From contig NC_043003.1 of the NCBI RefSeq assembly GCF_006345805.1, positions 65,534,001 to 65,598,000 of the forward strand: DNA of 64,000 nt, written 5' to 3'. Position numbers and translations under genes: made by a program. The stretch is from Octopus sinensis. Its lineage: Eukaryota. This document shows, piece by piece, positions 39,986 through 53,177 of the stretch (positions are counted from its first letter, which is position 1; each line of letters starts with the position of its first letter). The notes beneath the pieces were generated by a model, which was not told the DNA's origin, did no database searches, and saw only the letters and a list, made by a program, of their open reading frames with translations.

Positions 39986-42168
39986 CTCTCTTTCTCTTTC
40001 ATTGGCTCATTTTATTCATAGTAAAATCAATCGAGTGGAAAGTGTTTCGTCTCACCCTACCAACTAAAGTATGCTTGATTTTAAATTCAGTGTAAAACTA
40101 AAATTCAAATTTCTCCTTGCCAATTTTCCAATAATTATATTCAGCTAGACTGACTGCTTCCCTTGAAAATTTAATGTCATTACCATGGACACACTAAGCA
40201 CCAATGAATGTAATATCAGTCGTTATCTGTGAGTGACATTTTGATAAGCTCTATATTCATCTATCTGCCATTCTACAGAAATGTTTAAACGTATGTATTA
40301 AAATTAGTCTCTTGACGAATCTCATATTTTCTACACCTAATTTCAATAACATTAAGTATATATTAAGTACATATCATTAAGTATATATCACATTAAATAT
40401 ATATCACAAACATTTTCCTTCAGCTATGTTGTGTGACATACATTATGGCAAAATGTGCCTATGAATGTGAAGTAACGTTGACACATTAATCTGTAACTAA
40501 AATGAAAATCTTATCAACTGTCTCATTCTCTGCGGAAAATTTCTTACAATTAAGTTGTTGATTTATTGGTTTTCTGATAATTTTTTCTGTCTTCAACAAA
40601 TGTATTAATTGCCTTTTCTTATCTTGACGTCAGCTTGCTTTTAGTAACAAATTTATTTTCTTCTATTTATTTCATCAGAAATCTTTCTGGCCTTTTGATC
40701 TGATTGCAGAAGCGTCTCTGACTACATAATGAAATCATTACCAAGATACACCAGATATTTTATTTTATTTTATTTTTATTTCCAAATTTTATGTTGCTGC
40801 TTTTGCTTTTCCTTCTGACATTGCTACAACTTCACATATATGAACAGAATTGTATTGTAGTATTCTTTACTTGTTATTCAATACAACATTCTAAGTGCAC
40901 ATCTTACTTCATGTGATGTTATGCTTTGCTTTTAAATATTTTATGCCGTTCAGTCCATGCAATAGTGTAATCTGTTACTATCAGACGTTAGTTTTTGATA
41001 ATTTTTGCTCATTTATTTTTTATTCTATCAGAATTTCCAGTAAACTTCCTTTCTTCTCAGACATGCAGTCCAATATCGTTACCGAATTTTCATATGAGTT
41101 TACAAATGCTGGTTGGTAATATATAATATTATTGGATATACATTCATGTAACGTATTTGATATTTCCAAATATAAATTGCTCTCATGCATAAGATAATCC
41201 TTTGGGGTTGAGGTGTTCCTTGATGTCTTTTGTATTGATCAAGATGATGCCAAGATATTTATTGGCTTCATTATTCAAAAACCGTAACTTTTGCTTATCA
41301 GATATGAATGCATTGGATCTTCTAAATTTGCTTTCGTTTGATCCCTACCCAACATATATTTGCCCCTAAAGTCATACAATTATCTCGGCAAATACTACAA
41401 CAAATGTGACTCAAACTTTACATTTAGCACGTTATTCAGAATCTGTAGCAGATGTTTGATGCTGTCGACTCTTTAAGTGTGTAGACGCCATTAAATCTCT
41501 AACGCTGACACTGTCTCAATCCCAGATATATTTCAAATGATAGATTTCTAGATGGCCATCAAGATATTCCCTGCTTTTACTGCATTTGCATGATCGTTTT
41601 TAAGAATTCGTGGATTAAATGCTATGAATCATAGAATGAATATGGTCAATTGAAGTCATACCATATCGTTATCATAATATATTTATCTGCGATAAAGAAT
41701 TGTTAGTCACTCATGATTTATTTCTGATCTTTTCACCTTTCTTTTACGTCATTATCAGTCCTTCCGTAGCGGGAACGTACGTTGTCATATTTACAAGTTT
41801 GAAACTATTACGAATCCGACATCATTCTTCAGGTTTGTTCTATAAAAACAGACTGGAATTTCTTCAATAAAGTTATTTTATGCAATCAATGATTACTTGA
41901 TAATTATTTTCATAGACTCAGCTTCTCTTACGCTCATATTTCAGATTCTATTACCTTCGCAACTATTTTAGCAAACCAAAGTGCGTTTTGTTATATTTTA
42001 TTTGCATACCACTTTCTCATAAAATATACGTAACATCCATAAAATTTTTTAAATTTCATCCATTTTTATTAAATATGGATGCGTCAACGATGTTGGAAAC
42101 CGATAGATAGTATAAAAAATATCATTTAAGTTATATTGTGAGCTGTGTTTTCTTCATATATATTATAT

Positions 42169-42200
<32 letters not shown>

Positions 42201-42202
42201 AT

Positions 42203-42328
<126 letters not shown>

Positions 42329-42339
42329 TAGATATAGAT

Positions 42340-42560
42340 GGTGGTGGCTGCCCCTCGTTATCGAGTATGGCTATTGCACGAAGCTTAATCAATGTTGTTA
42401 TCGTGCAATGCCTGTGCAAGAATAATTTTTTTAAAGTGAGGAAAGGCTGTGCACTAAATCAATCCCACTCACTAAGCAACAGCAGCCATAATCCTAAAAG
42501 AAGAACAAGTCAACGTCATCGGTAACCACTGAGCCGCAAGTTTTATGTTGGAGTTATCCC
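42340..42560 (-). mobile_element. Short retroposon with RTE-like 3' tail
   Basis: Minus-strand end gcaatagccatactcgataacgaggggcagccacc resembles 43303-43338. Confidence 0.45.
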
Positions 42561-43189
42561 AGGGGTAGAATTCACAAAAAAAAGACAAAGACAGGTGGTG
42601 TAGACAACAAACAGATGTATTAGTATAACGCTCGGGAAGAGAGCGTTATACTAATATATACCTATATATATATATATATAAAGATAGATAGATAGATATA
42701 TGTATGTATATAAACACACCCACATAAATACACACACTTCCATATGCATGCACTCACATAAACATAGAGCACTGCTTGATAAAATTTTGAATATATTCTG
42801 AATTCTCTTGACACGGTTTGGATACAAAAAAACGTTGTTTAATAATAAATAGTTATTTTGAAATATTTCTTGTCAGTATGAATTCGTATGTCAAGAAGAT
42901 ATATTACAGACAGTAAAGCGGATGTGAGCAGCTACGCTAAGCAATATGTTCTGCTTTTTTCGACTCAAATTTTGTCATAAATGCAAAGATTCAGATAAAC
43001 TAGCGTGGCAAATGTATTTAAAAACCAGCTGTTACAAACAACAATAGTAAACGCTTCGGATACTTTTTCTTTTTATTTATGTCAATCATTTCTTTGCGGC
43101 CATGCTGGGATACCGATTTGAAGTGTATGGTCCAGTGGTTTTCAACCATTTTTGTTTATTGTTTTTTTTATTCATGATCCATTTTGATT

Positions 43190-43340
43190 ACTGGTCGTAA
43201 TGAATGGGGAAAGCGTCGTTTGCAATGTTTGCAGTCGTGTATGCATGCCCAGAGAAGGACCAATTTGCTACCAACGGAGCTGCAAATGCAAAATATTAGT
43301 CAGCAATGGTCTTCCTCGGTCACGACTGGGCGGCCATCAT
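43190..43340 (+). mobile_element. RTE-clade LINE 3' fragment
   Basis: VCNVCSRVCMPREGPICYQRSCK resembles the C-terminal zinc-finger-like end of RTE ORFs, followed by a short 3' UTR. Confidence 0.55.
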
Positions 43341-43355
43341 ACGTATGTATGCATT

Positions 43356-43394
<39 letters not shown>

Positions 43395-43826
43395 TTGACA
43401 TTGACGTTGACCTAGTTTCTCTCACCAAATAGTAGTAATTGGCATTTGTTAGTGGCAACTGCTGTCTTCAACATGAATTATTTTATGGTATTCTGAAACC
43501 GCCTTTACCCCATTTCTACAATTAAAAAAATCTTTATTACTTCTAACCTTATAGCAGTTTAGGAACAGCCATATCTTGGTCAGTCAGCGGAAGGACTTCA
43601 CTACCTCATATGTTCTTAAAATTTGAATCTACATCTTTGTCTATATATCTACCTTCTTTATAATTTTGCCACTTGATTTGAAAACTTTTGTATTAATGGA
43701 AAACCTAAATATTTGGCTGATGAGTACTCAGCATCTTAAATCTGATGTAATACTTACAAATAAATTGATGGAGTACGAAACGATTGTATCAAATTATTGG
43801 AGTCATTCTTGTTGCTTATTTTGAGC

Positions 43827-43897
<71 letters not shown>

Positions 43898-43963
43898 TAT
43901 GTTTATATATATATGTATATATATATATATATGTATATATATATGTTTATATACATATATATG

Positions 43964-44073
<110 letters not shown>

Positions 44074-45259
44074 TATACATATATGTAATAGTTAATCAAG
44101 TTTCTTTCAGGAGTACAAGAAACACATTTAGTAAGGAAGGTCGGGAGCTGATTACACTCACAGATACTTTCTTTTTACCGACAGGTGATGGTTGAAAGCG
44201 AAAGTGAAATTCGGGGACAGGATTTGAACACATAACATAAAGAGCAAAAACTAAATACCTAATGCATTTTATCTGATGGTCTACTATTCTGCCGATCCAG
44301 CAACATATTTGATATTGATCCTCCGTTTTCTACATCTATATCGATATTTGCAACAACATATTGCACTTGTCATCGGATTTTCCAGCAAAGGAATTATTCC
44401 CACGATGCAGTCACACTTGTCATCATATTTTAATATAGAAATTAAACACTAAGTTATTCTTTCCCTTACGGCGTAAGAATACTGGCTTTAAGCATTTGTA
44501 GACCCAGATAAATTCTTTTATTCAATAAGCCATTTACTGTATTCGCGAATCAATTCAACTGACTGCAAAAAAATTGACCCTAGGCTTATTGAAAGTATAT
44601 TTTTTCATTTAGGGAATTATCGCTGGATATTTTTCAGAAATATTGGAAAATTTCATTCTTTGAATATTCTTCCGATCAAATGCTCACAGAAATAATTTGA
44701 TTAGCTTGTTGAAGCGTTAATCACTCTTAGAGTAGTGCTATATTTCCTACAGATAGAAGTAACATTTTATTTCTTTCGCTCAAAGCATGAGAGATTTTGA
44801 AACTACTGCTCTAGTTTTATGGTATTTTCGATGCATTGGCATTGAAATATCTACTTAGAACTGATAGTTGAATTGTTATCTGGCTCTTCTTGTTGGTGTT
44901 TAGCCTCAAGTTAGCTCTCATAAACAGATATGTAGGCAATGGCATTCAAATTCTAACAATCCACTATCATCGTATACTGCGGTTTATATAGTTATAATGT
45001 GTACTAATGTAGCATTCAAATTGTGACCATTGCATTTTGTTTTCTAGAAAGACTGTACATTCATCCAATTTATCCATTTTTAGTGCGGGAAGAGCTGAGG
45101 GAAAAAGTGGTTGATAATTCTAATGAAAAAGAAAAGTGGAAAAACTCCGCATAAATTTTCTCTCGTTGGCCTCTTATTTGTATCTTTTTTTTTAATGGCT
45201 GAAACATATCAAGCTATTGAATTGAACTCGAATAAATTGATAATTATCATGATTATAAG

Positions 45260-46000
45260 TTCCAGATTATTCTGACAAGAAGTGTGGCAGAGAAGAGATC
45301 AAAATGTCGTCAAAGATGTTTGCAAACTGATGATACAAAAGATTGGACTGGAAACATGAACCTGGTGGACTGTATGCATGCCGAACAATACAAAAGGACC
45401 TGGAGGGTCTTGGCGAGCCGAAACCTGGACACAGAGAAGAAACTTGGTTGATAAGTATTATTACAAGGAGGATAACATTTATAATGGTCTTAAGGATAAA
45501 GTCAAATGGTATCTTCCCAAAACACAATAAGTCATGGTATGTACCAATGTTAAAAATATTTTGGCACTTTAACATATAAAACCGATGGTGTGGTAGAACA
45601 CAGAAGGCCATATATTCTAGTCCTGTATAAAAGAAGATAGAAAACTTGACAGTATTGTCAGAGAAGTCCCCGGAGACCAGCACAAAAGGAAGAGGAAATG
45701 TGACCATATTAAAACGGACTGAGAAGTGAAAAATATATGGGACTTAAAGGAAACTAGTGTAACTGCGATAGTGATTGGTGCATTCAGAATAGTGGCAACC
45801 AATCGTAAATCATTGTTAGGTAATATGCAAACCAAAAGAAGTATGGAGCTGTTGCGGAAAGACATGGGGCTCGGGACAGCACGGTTCACAAGAAGATTCC
45901 TTGTGACCTAAGCTTGCTGTTTGTAGCTTGATCTCAAGGATGAATTATTTTGATTCAGTACTTTCAAAGCATGATGACTGAGTAATGATAATGATGATAA
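45260..46000 (+). mobile_element. R4/Dong-type LINE 3' fragment, degenerate
   Basis: EVKNIWDLKETSVTAIVIGAF...MELLRKDMGLGTARFTRRFL* (45726-45911) resembles the R4 C-terminus. Ends in a taatgataatgatgataa tail. Confidence 0.65.
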
Positions 46001-46049
46001 GTAACTAACTAATAAACAATAACAACAACAACAACAAAACAATCATTCC

Positions 46050-46195
46050 ATTTATAAGGACAAGCCCTGATATTTTTGGGGAGACGACCAGTCGACTTCA
46101 TCTACCCCCGATACATGACTAGTACTCATTCCATCAACCCCGAAGGGATGAAAGGCAAATTCGACCTCGTCTGTATTTGATTTCAAGACGTAATG
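46050..46195 (-). mobile_element. tRNA SINE (ttcatcc core), partial
   Basis: cccgaagggatgaaaggcaaattcgacctcg. Confidence 0.7.
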
Positions 46196-46204
46196 TACAA
46201 TGAT

Positions 46205-46367
46205 AAGCAAGTCGATTCTATGTACATTATTTTCGACGGACATTTGTCTTCATCCTGTTTGTTAACACAAAGTTTTGGTTGATATACTCTCCAGCCTTCT
46301 TCAAGTGTGTTAAGGTATTTTTCGATGTTGTTGTTATTATTATTATTATCATTATTATTATTATTAA

Positions 46368-46406
<39 letters not shown>

Positions 46407-46430
46407 ACAGGCCACTACGCCATATGCCCA
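46205..46430 (-). mobile_element. Internally deleted inverted copy of the tRNA-headed HHR element
   Basis: Minus strand reads tgggcatatggcgtagtgg...(TAA)n...catcgaaaaataccttaa...ttgaagaaggctggagagtatatcaacc. Confidence 0.7.
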
Positions 46431-46506
46431 TGGGCATATGGTGAGGTGGTTAAGAGCGCGGGCTATCAACCCCAAGATTTCGAGTTCGATTCCAAGCAGT
46501 GACCTG

Positions 46507-46549
<43 letters not shown>

Positions 46550-46550
46550 G

Positions 46551-46581
<31 letters not shown>

Positions 46582-46621
46582 AACAATAATAATAATATAA
46601 TAATAATAATAATAATAATAT

Positions 46622-47002
46622 GAAGAAAATATAAAGACCTACTCATTGAAATTGAGAAAATGTGACATCTCAAGGCGGTTACAATACCAGTGATCGTAGG
46701 AGCACTAGAAATGATCAAGAAGGGAACCGAAAATTATATGAGAATGATCCCTGGCTTACCATCCCTGCAAGAAGTGCAAAAGATTGTCTTAACTGGTACA
46801 TCACACGTATTGAGAAGAGCATTGTCGATGTGAGAACTGTTGCTGCTCATGTATTTTAATTTAACTTAAAAAAAAAAAAAATTAACGAACTATTGAGTTT
46901 GGTTTAATGGCCTACCAATGTATACTATGAGTTTCTTTGCCCTAGGAGTCAGGAAGACACTCGGCAAGAAATGGAAGCAAATTTGAAAGAAGAAAAAAAA
47001 AG
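46622..47002 (+). mobile_element. R4/Dong-type LINE 3' end inserted in (TAA)n
   Basis: KYKDLLIEIEKM*HLKAVTIPVIVGALEMIKKG...LQEVQKIVLTGTSHVLRRALSM* (stop at ~46833). (TAA)n on both sides. Confidence 0.85.
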
Positions 47003-47016
47003 TAATAATAATAATA

Positions 47017-47061
<45 letters not shown>

Positions 47062-47130
47062 TAATAACAATAATAATAACATCGAAAAATACCTTAAGAA
47101 CGAGAACCCAGGTTTGAAATTTCCCTAAAA

Positions 47131-47172
47131 CACCTGAAGATGGCTGGAGGGTATATCAGTCGAAACGTTGTG
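47131..47172 (+). ncRNA. Minimal type I hammerhead ribozyme motif
   Basis: CAC-CTGAAGA-T-GGCTGG-agggtata-TCAGTC-GAAA-CG-TT-GTG. Six-bp stem II, palindromic stem III, GUU triplet. Confidence 0.68.
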
Positions 47173-47292
47173 GTAACACAAACAAGATGAGGAAAAATAT
47201 CTGTCGAATGTAAGTAATGTAAGTAATGTACATAATTCCTCATCTCTTAAATATAGAACTGTAAAATCGATTTCGTTTTTTTGAGCAATTGA

Positions 47293-47480
47293 AAGGCGGC
47301 GAGCTGGTAGAATCTTTAGCACGCTGGACGAAATGTTTAGTAGTATTTCGTTCTGAGTTCAAACTCCACCGAAGTCGAGTTCTGGGTCGATAAAGTCAGT
47401 ACCAGTTTTGCACTAATGTCGATCATATCGACCAACCCTTTCCCCCCAAAATTTCAGGCCTTGTGCCTATAGTAGAACGA
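47293..47480 (+). mobile_element. tRNA SINE (aaggcggcgagctggtagaatc head)
   Basis: Same family as 20845, with an internal deletion. Confidence 0.75.
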
Positions 47481-47819
47481 ATACTTTTGAGCGACTGATA
47501 TCCGTGGGCAAAATATCTCAGGAACCGCTTGATGGATTCGGATGAAATTTTCAGAGATGTTTGGCCTTGTGACTGACAGGAACTGATTAGATTTTGGGAT
47601 CAATCCGGTACCGGACAGGGATTCTGGATTATTTTTTCTGTTTTTTTAACTTTATTTTTGAGAGTGGTCGGGTACATTTTTAGTATCTTCGTTGGTGAGA
47701 GCATTCGAGTTTATTTCAGATATTCTCATTCTAAAAATAATCTCCGGCTAATCATTGAGACGACATTGGTGTTGCCTTGGTGGAGGTTTGAACTCCCTGA
47801 GTGCCCTTGTTGTTGTTGC

Positions 47820-47885
<66 letters not shown>

Positions 47886-47896
47886 TATTATTTTAA

Positions 47897-47957
<61 letters not shown>

Positions 47958-48110
47958 GGCGTAGGAGTGGTTGTGTGGTTAGTAGCTTACTCACCAACAA
48001 CATGGTTCCGGGTTCAGTCCCCTTTAGCAAGTGTCTCCTAGTATAGTCTCGGTCCGACCAATCTCTTGTGAGTGGATTTGGTAGACGGGAACTGAAAGAA
48101 AACCGTCGTG
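47958..48110 (+). mobile_element. CORE-like tRNA SINE head
   Basis: ggcgtaggagtggttgtgtgg...ggttcagtccc...gtggatttggtagacgg. The matching tail resumes at ~48820-49010. Confidence 0.75.
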
Positions 48111-48164
48111 TATATATATTATATATATATATATATATATAATATATTATATAATATATATATA

Positions 48165-48211
<47 letters not shown>

Positions 48212-48223
48212 TAATATATATAC

Positions 48224-48257
<34 letters not shown>

Positions 48258-48260
48258 GTC

Positions 48261-48296
<36 letters not shown>

Positions 48297-50086
48297 CATA
48301 TATATTATATATATATATATACATATATACATATATATACATATATATATACATATATATACATATATATATATATGTCTATATATATATGTATATTGTT
48401 TTTCCTTGTCCTGTCTTTTACTGTTTATAATTTGTACTGTCGTTACCGTCCTGTTTTTGTTACCATTTTTTCCCCCTCTGCGAAAAGATCTCACAATTTC
48501 AATTGATTTGCTTTTCGCAGGAAGGAAAGTTTCTTGTCGAAGATACGTCTCGCTTTCACCTTCGAAATGTAGAGTAGATGAAACCATAGCGTCTGAAGAA
48601 GGGTTTTTTCTTTGTGTTAATTGTCCTGTAATCTATTTTTTTTTAAATGTCCAGTTCGTTGGGTTTGTGTCTATGTTTTCGTTTCTCATTGTGTTCGACG
48701 TCTTTTTGGTGTCCTGTACTCCTATATGCGTGTATATGTACATGTAGAGGTAGGTGCGTACATATATGTTTATATATATGCATATGTTTTATTTATTAAT
48801 ATATATATATATATGTGTGTGTGTGTGCATATGTTTGTGTGTCTGTGTTTGTCCCACCAACATCGCTTGACAACCGATAACTTAGCAAAAGTGACCGATA
48901 GAATAAGTACTAGGCTTACAAAGAATAAGTCCTGGGGTTGATTTACTCGACTAAAGGCGGTGCTCCAGCATGACCGCAGTCAAATGACTGAAATAAGTAA
49001 AAGAGTGAAGAGTATTATTATTACTATTGTTGTTGTTGTTTTTTTTTTGTTGTCGACCTCGTCGTTGTTAATATGAGTATCAAATATGAAAATGGCGCAG
49101 AACAATACAAGCGAAAGTAATTTCTCTGTTTGCGCCAAAGAAATATGTAAACCGTCCCCATCCCCGTTACAGACTCCACGCTTTATCACCCATCAACTCT
49201 GCTACATTTGATGTTGGTGCCAGCGCTGTTGATATTCACTCTGTTTACGCAATCTGTCTGTACACTTAAGGTTGTTGCATAGCTTATAGCAGCACGTAAT
49301 AACAGGTAGGCTAGAGATCAAACCTTCCTTGAAATGTAAGAGCGTGCAAATTGTAACACTGAATAGTTGGAGGTGTCCTGTTATAAATACTTCTGCAGTG
49401 GAAATTCTTGTTTTGAATATATTTCCTCCGGTGCCACCAGCGCGATCGTTTCGCTGTTAAAATAAGATCATAAACGTTGGTCTTTGCACATTGGACGTAT
49501 TTCTAGGTTTATCATCATAAATTCGCTCGGCGTTGATTTCAAACGAAGGTCTACCTCATAAAATGTCTATCAATTGGATAAAGTTAGGATAACTGACTGT
49601 CTGTGTTTTATTGGTATGGTGATGCGTTGACACTAAAAGCGAAAATGATAAAAAAAAGTAATACAATGAAAAATTGGAGGAAAAACAGAGAAAAGAAGAC
49701 AGAAAACAAAAAAAATAACCAGCATATACCAATAAAAAAATAATCAAATGGTGACAAAAAATGAAAAATACAAAAATAAGAGAAATGAAACATGATCGAG
49801 AAAAGGGGAAGTTTGCTACGTATAGAATATACACCATTCACTGCATAATGTTAGATTGTATGTAGAGACCATTTTACACGGGTGGATATATCTTTGTTTC
49901 TCACTGTATTTATGCGTGTATATACATGACATTCTCGCATATACATATATAATATACGAGCATGTTCAAGATATAGTCTTTTGGGGAACAATAGGTGTGT
50001 ATGTATGTATGTATCTATCTGTCTGTCTCTCTATTTCTCACTCATTCTCTCCCTCTCTCACCCCTTACTCTCTCTCTCTCTCTCTG

Positions 50087-50118
<32 letters not shown>

Positions 50119-50579
50119 AACATGTTCATGAATTTGTGTTGCAAGATTCCTGATGCGAAGTCGTGTGTTGAAACAGAGAATGGAATGAGCAGAGCAAGAG
50201 TACACGCTAAGACGATAAATGCTGGTGAGAAGGTCAAAGATGTGTAATGAAAGATTTCCAGATAACGGACATGAGTTAGAATAAGAACAGTAATAAACAA
50301 ATGAAGAAAGAATATGTTTTTTGGGGGGCATCCCAAAATACAACAAATATGTGTGTGTGTGTGTGTCGTTCGATGCTCAGAATGAGGAGTAGATAGACGG
50401 GTAACAACTGATGAAGGGTCGTTCTTTGTGTTCCTTGTCCTGTTCTCCAATTGTATCTCTCGTTGTTTGCGCATTGAACGCATTTATTTGCGTATTTCAT
50501 GTCCTGTACCCATATATGTGTGTGTGTGTGTATATATATATACATATATATATGTATATATAAATATATATATATATGT

Positions 50580-50638
<59 letters not shown>

Positions 50639-50745
50639 ATATATGCATATATATATATATATGTATATATATGTATATCTATGTATATATAATATATATA
50701 TATATGTATATATATATATGTTATATATATATATATATATATATA

Positions 50746-51215
50746 TAGCAATTAAGGACAACTTCTTAATAAGGAAAACTTAACAAGAAATTATCGGGTA
50801 GATAGCGTGAAAGACCTCATAAGAGAAAAAATTTCGAAAATAATTCTTTCTCATTGAACATATTAATTTATATATAGAGGGCATTATTATACATATATGC
50901 CACACGCTAAGAGGGACAAAATTAGTCATTTCTACCAAAAATTTTACTAATCCCACCGAATGCAATTTTTCAAAATATGGACTTGTATCACCTGTGATTT
51001 CATACCTCTGTATTCATCAGCAAGCCTGGACGTATCATAAATAAACGAACCCACCTCGTCTAAGCCGAGCAGCTAACTGATCAACGTCAACGAAGCACAT
51101 GGGTGAGTTTACATATATTACATCCGGTAAATGGCAGACTTTTACGAATTGCGTTTCGGGAAAGGAACAAAAAAAGGTTTTTCGGAATAAAAATTTAGCA
51201 ATTAAGGACAACTTC

Positions 51216-51217
<2 letters not shown>
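50746..51217 (-). mobile_element. Retrozyme-like unit: 450-bp monomer plus 22-bp terminal direct repeat
   Basis: tagcaattaaggacaacttctt at 50746-50767 and 51196-51217. Non-coding, central HHR, embedded in (TA)n. Confidence 0.55.
50980..51026 (-). ncRNA. Type I hammerhead ribozyme motif
   Basis: GGCTTG-CTGATGA-ATAC-agag-GTAT-GAAA-TCAC-ag-GTGA-TA-CAAGTC. All three stems pair and the triplet is AUA. Confidence 0.75.
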
Positions 51218-51252
<35 letters not shown>

Positions 51253-53177
51253 TATTAGAGACAAAACCACTATTTTGCAAAACAAACAAGGAAAGACTTA
51301 ATCAATACATAAAATTTTAATAAATAGTAAAAAAAACCGCCACTAGATAGATAGATGTATACAAACGTACACACATGCATGCACACACACGGATGCACAC
51401 ACACACACTAACATACACACACGTACACACGTATGTGCTCCAACAAATAGCTTATAAATATATATATATATTATCATTTGACTGAATGCCACGCATCCAT
51501 TTCTAAGTTTAACTTATATATACACATATATCTCACTCATTTGTCCCTTTTGCCTCTGTACACAAATCATAGTGTGAGATTCAACTCTACATACGACTGG
51601 CTTATTTATTGGCCGCAGTTACCCATACAGCCTTCTTGAAGTTACCTTTTTTTCCGTGCCCATGCCATTGAGCTACCACAGCCGCGTCAGGCAACTGCAT
51701 AACACATCGGGTAAGTGTCTTCTACTAAAGCGCCGGACCGATGCTTTATGAGAGAATTTGGTATATTTTTGTGTCTTTGCTTCTGTGTTTGTCATACACA
51801 CACACACATACCCATACACTTTCCACTGCCTGCCAACCTGTGTTGGGTTAGTTATCTTTTCGCAAAACTGCCGGTTAGACAAAAGAAACCAGTCTTAAAA
51901 AACGGCCTTGCGTAGTGACATCTATTTGTTTGATTAAAACCTTTCAAAGTGGTGCCCTAGTATGGCCGCAGTTCAACGACTGTCAAGTAAATGATAAACT
52001 GATAATTCTAAGATGCGCCTTGGCGGATGCTGTGGCATTCCTCGTTAGTGATTTTAGTAAGCTGTTAGTTGATTCTGGGTCTTTCAACATCGGATCCTAT
52101 CGCTTAGTTGATACAGTCAGGTCTGATCAAGACCCGGCTAAGTACTGTCGTTGATTTGTTCAACTAGAACCCTTCAAAGTGGTACACTTTCATGGCTGCA
52201 GTCCAATGACCGACACAAGTAAAAGAGAACAGATAAAAAGTATAGTAACTACAATTATCGAAAGTGACATATAGTTTCCAAGTAGTGTTTCAGAGATTTG
52301 ACATAAAATTTTATCACTTAAAAATATGTCGTATCGTTTAGTTTCATTTTAATACCTTGCTACGATAAGAAACTTTACTTTCCTTTCTCAGCAACTCATA
52401 AACTGACACTGCAATTAAACTCACCTCATATTCAGAAATTCTAGTATATGTATCTGTCAAGAAATATACAAATTGATGTATAATATAGCTGTAAAATTAT
52501 CATTTACTTTGTCTATTATAATTTTCTATTAATTATATCTTATATCTTAGTAGTTAACGTTTTCCTGAGAGAACATTGCAGATAAGACCAATGCTTTGAA
52601 TCGTTTCACTAATTTAATTCGTTTCGCCAGGTCGCGACCTATTAATTAGCAGTAATTATAACAATCAGAATAATCGGACAGGAATCGTTCTTCCGACATA
52701 TTTAGTTTCAGATTTGAGATGACAATTATAAGGAGATCAGACTGACGTTACTTGACTACTGTATTAAGTCAGATAAATACAAGCTATCAGATTCGAGGTA
52801 AACGTAATAAAAATTCCGATAGTATGATTCTGAATGCAGAAATATTCATTAAGTTACAGACGAACCTGAGTTTATAAGCTATTTGTTGGAGCACATACGT
52901 GTGTACGTGTGTGTATGTTAGTGTGTGTGTGTGCATCCGTGTGTGTGTGCATGCATGTGTGTACGTTTGTATACATCTATCTATCTAGCTTCCTTTGTCT
53001 GTCTATCTGTCTGTCTCTTTCTTTTTACCTTTCTTTCTTTCTTTCTTTCTTTCTCGCTTTTTCTGCCATTTCCTCTCTTTTTCTATGAGTGGATATGTGG
53101 CAAGCTGTTTGTTCCCAGCCACTTGATTTTGAGTTCACTCTTACTACATTGCACCTTGGGTGACTGTCATACATATA

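Larger units (their letters stand above)
46431..47270 (+). mobile_element. tRNA-headed short element with internal (AAC/AAT)n and 3' hammerhead, interrupted by an R4 fragment
   Basis: A-box tggtgaggtgg, B-box gagttcgattcc, microsatellite, then a body at 47078-47270 containing the HHR. Confidence 0.65.

Noticed and set aside
40550-41950. Possible very old LINE RT on the minus strand
   Set aside because: Only vague motif traces are visible and no continuous recognisable translation could be made.
43715-43733. gctgatgagtactcagc hairpin
   Set aside because: Short, lacks GAAA, and is compatible with chance.
46431-46507. Possible tRNA gene
   Set aside because: A/B boxes are present but there is no convincing acceptor stem or cloverleaf, so it is treated as a SINE head.
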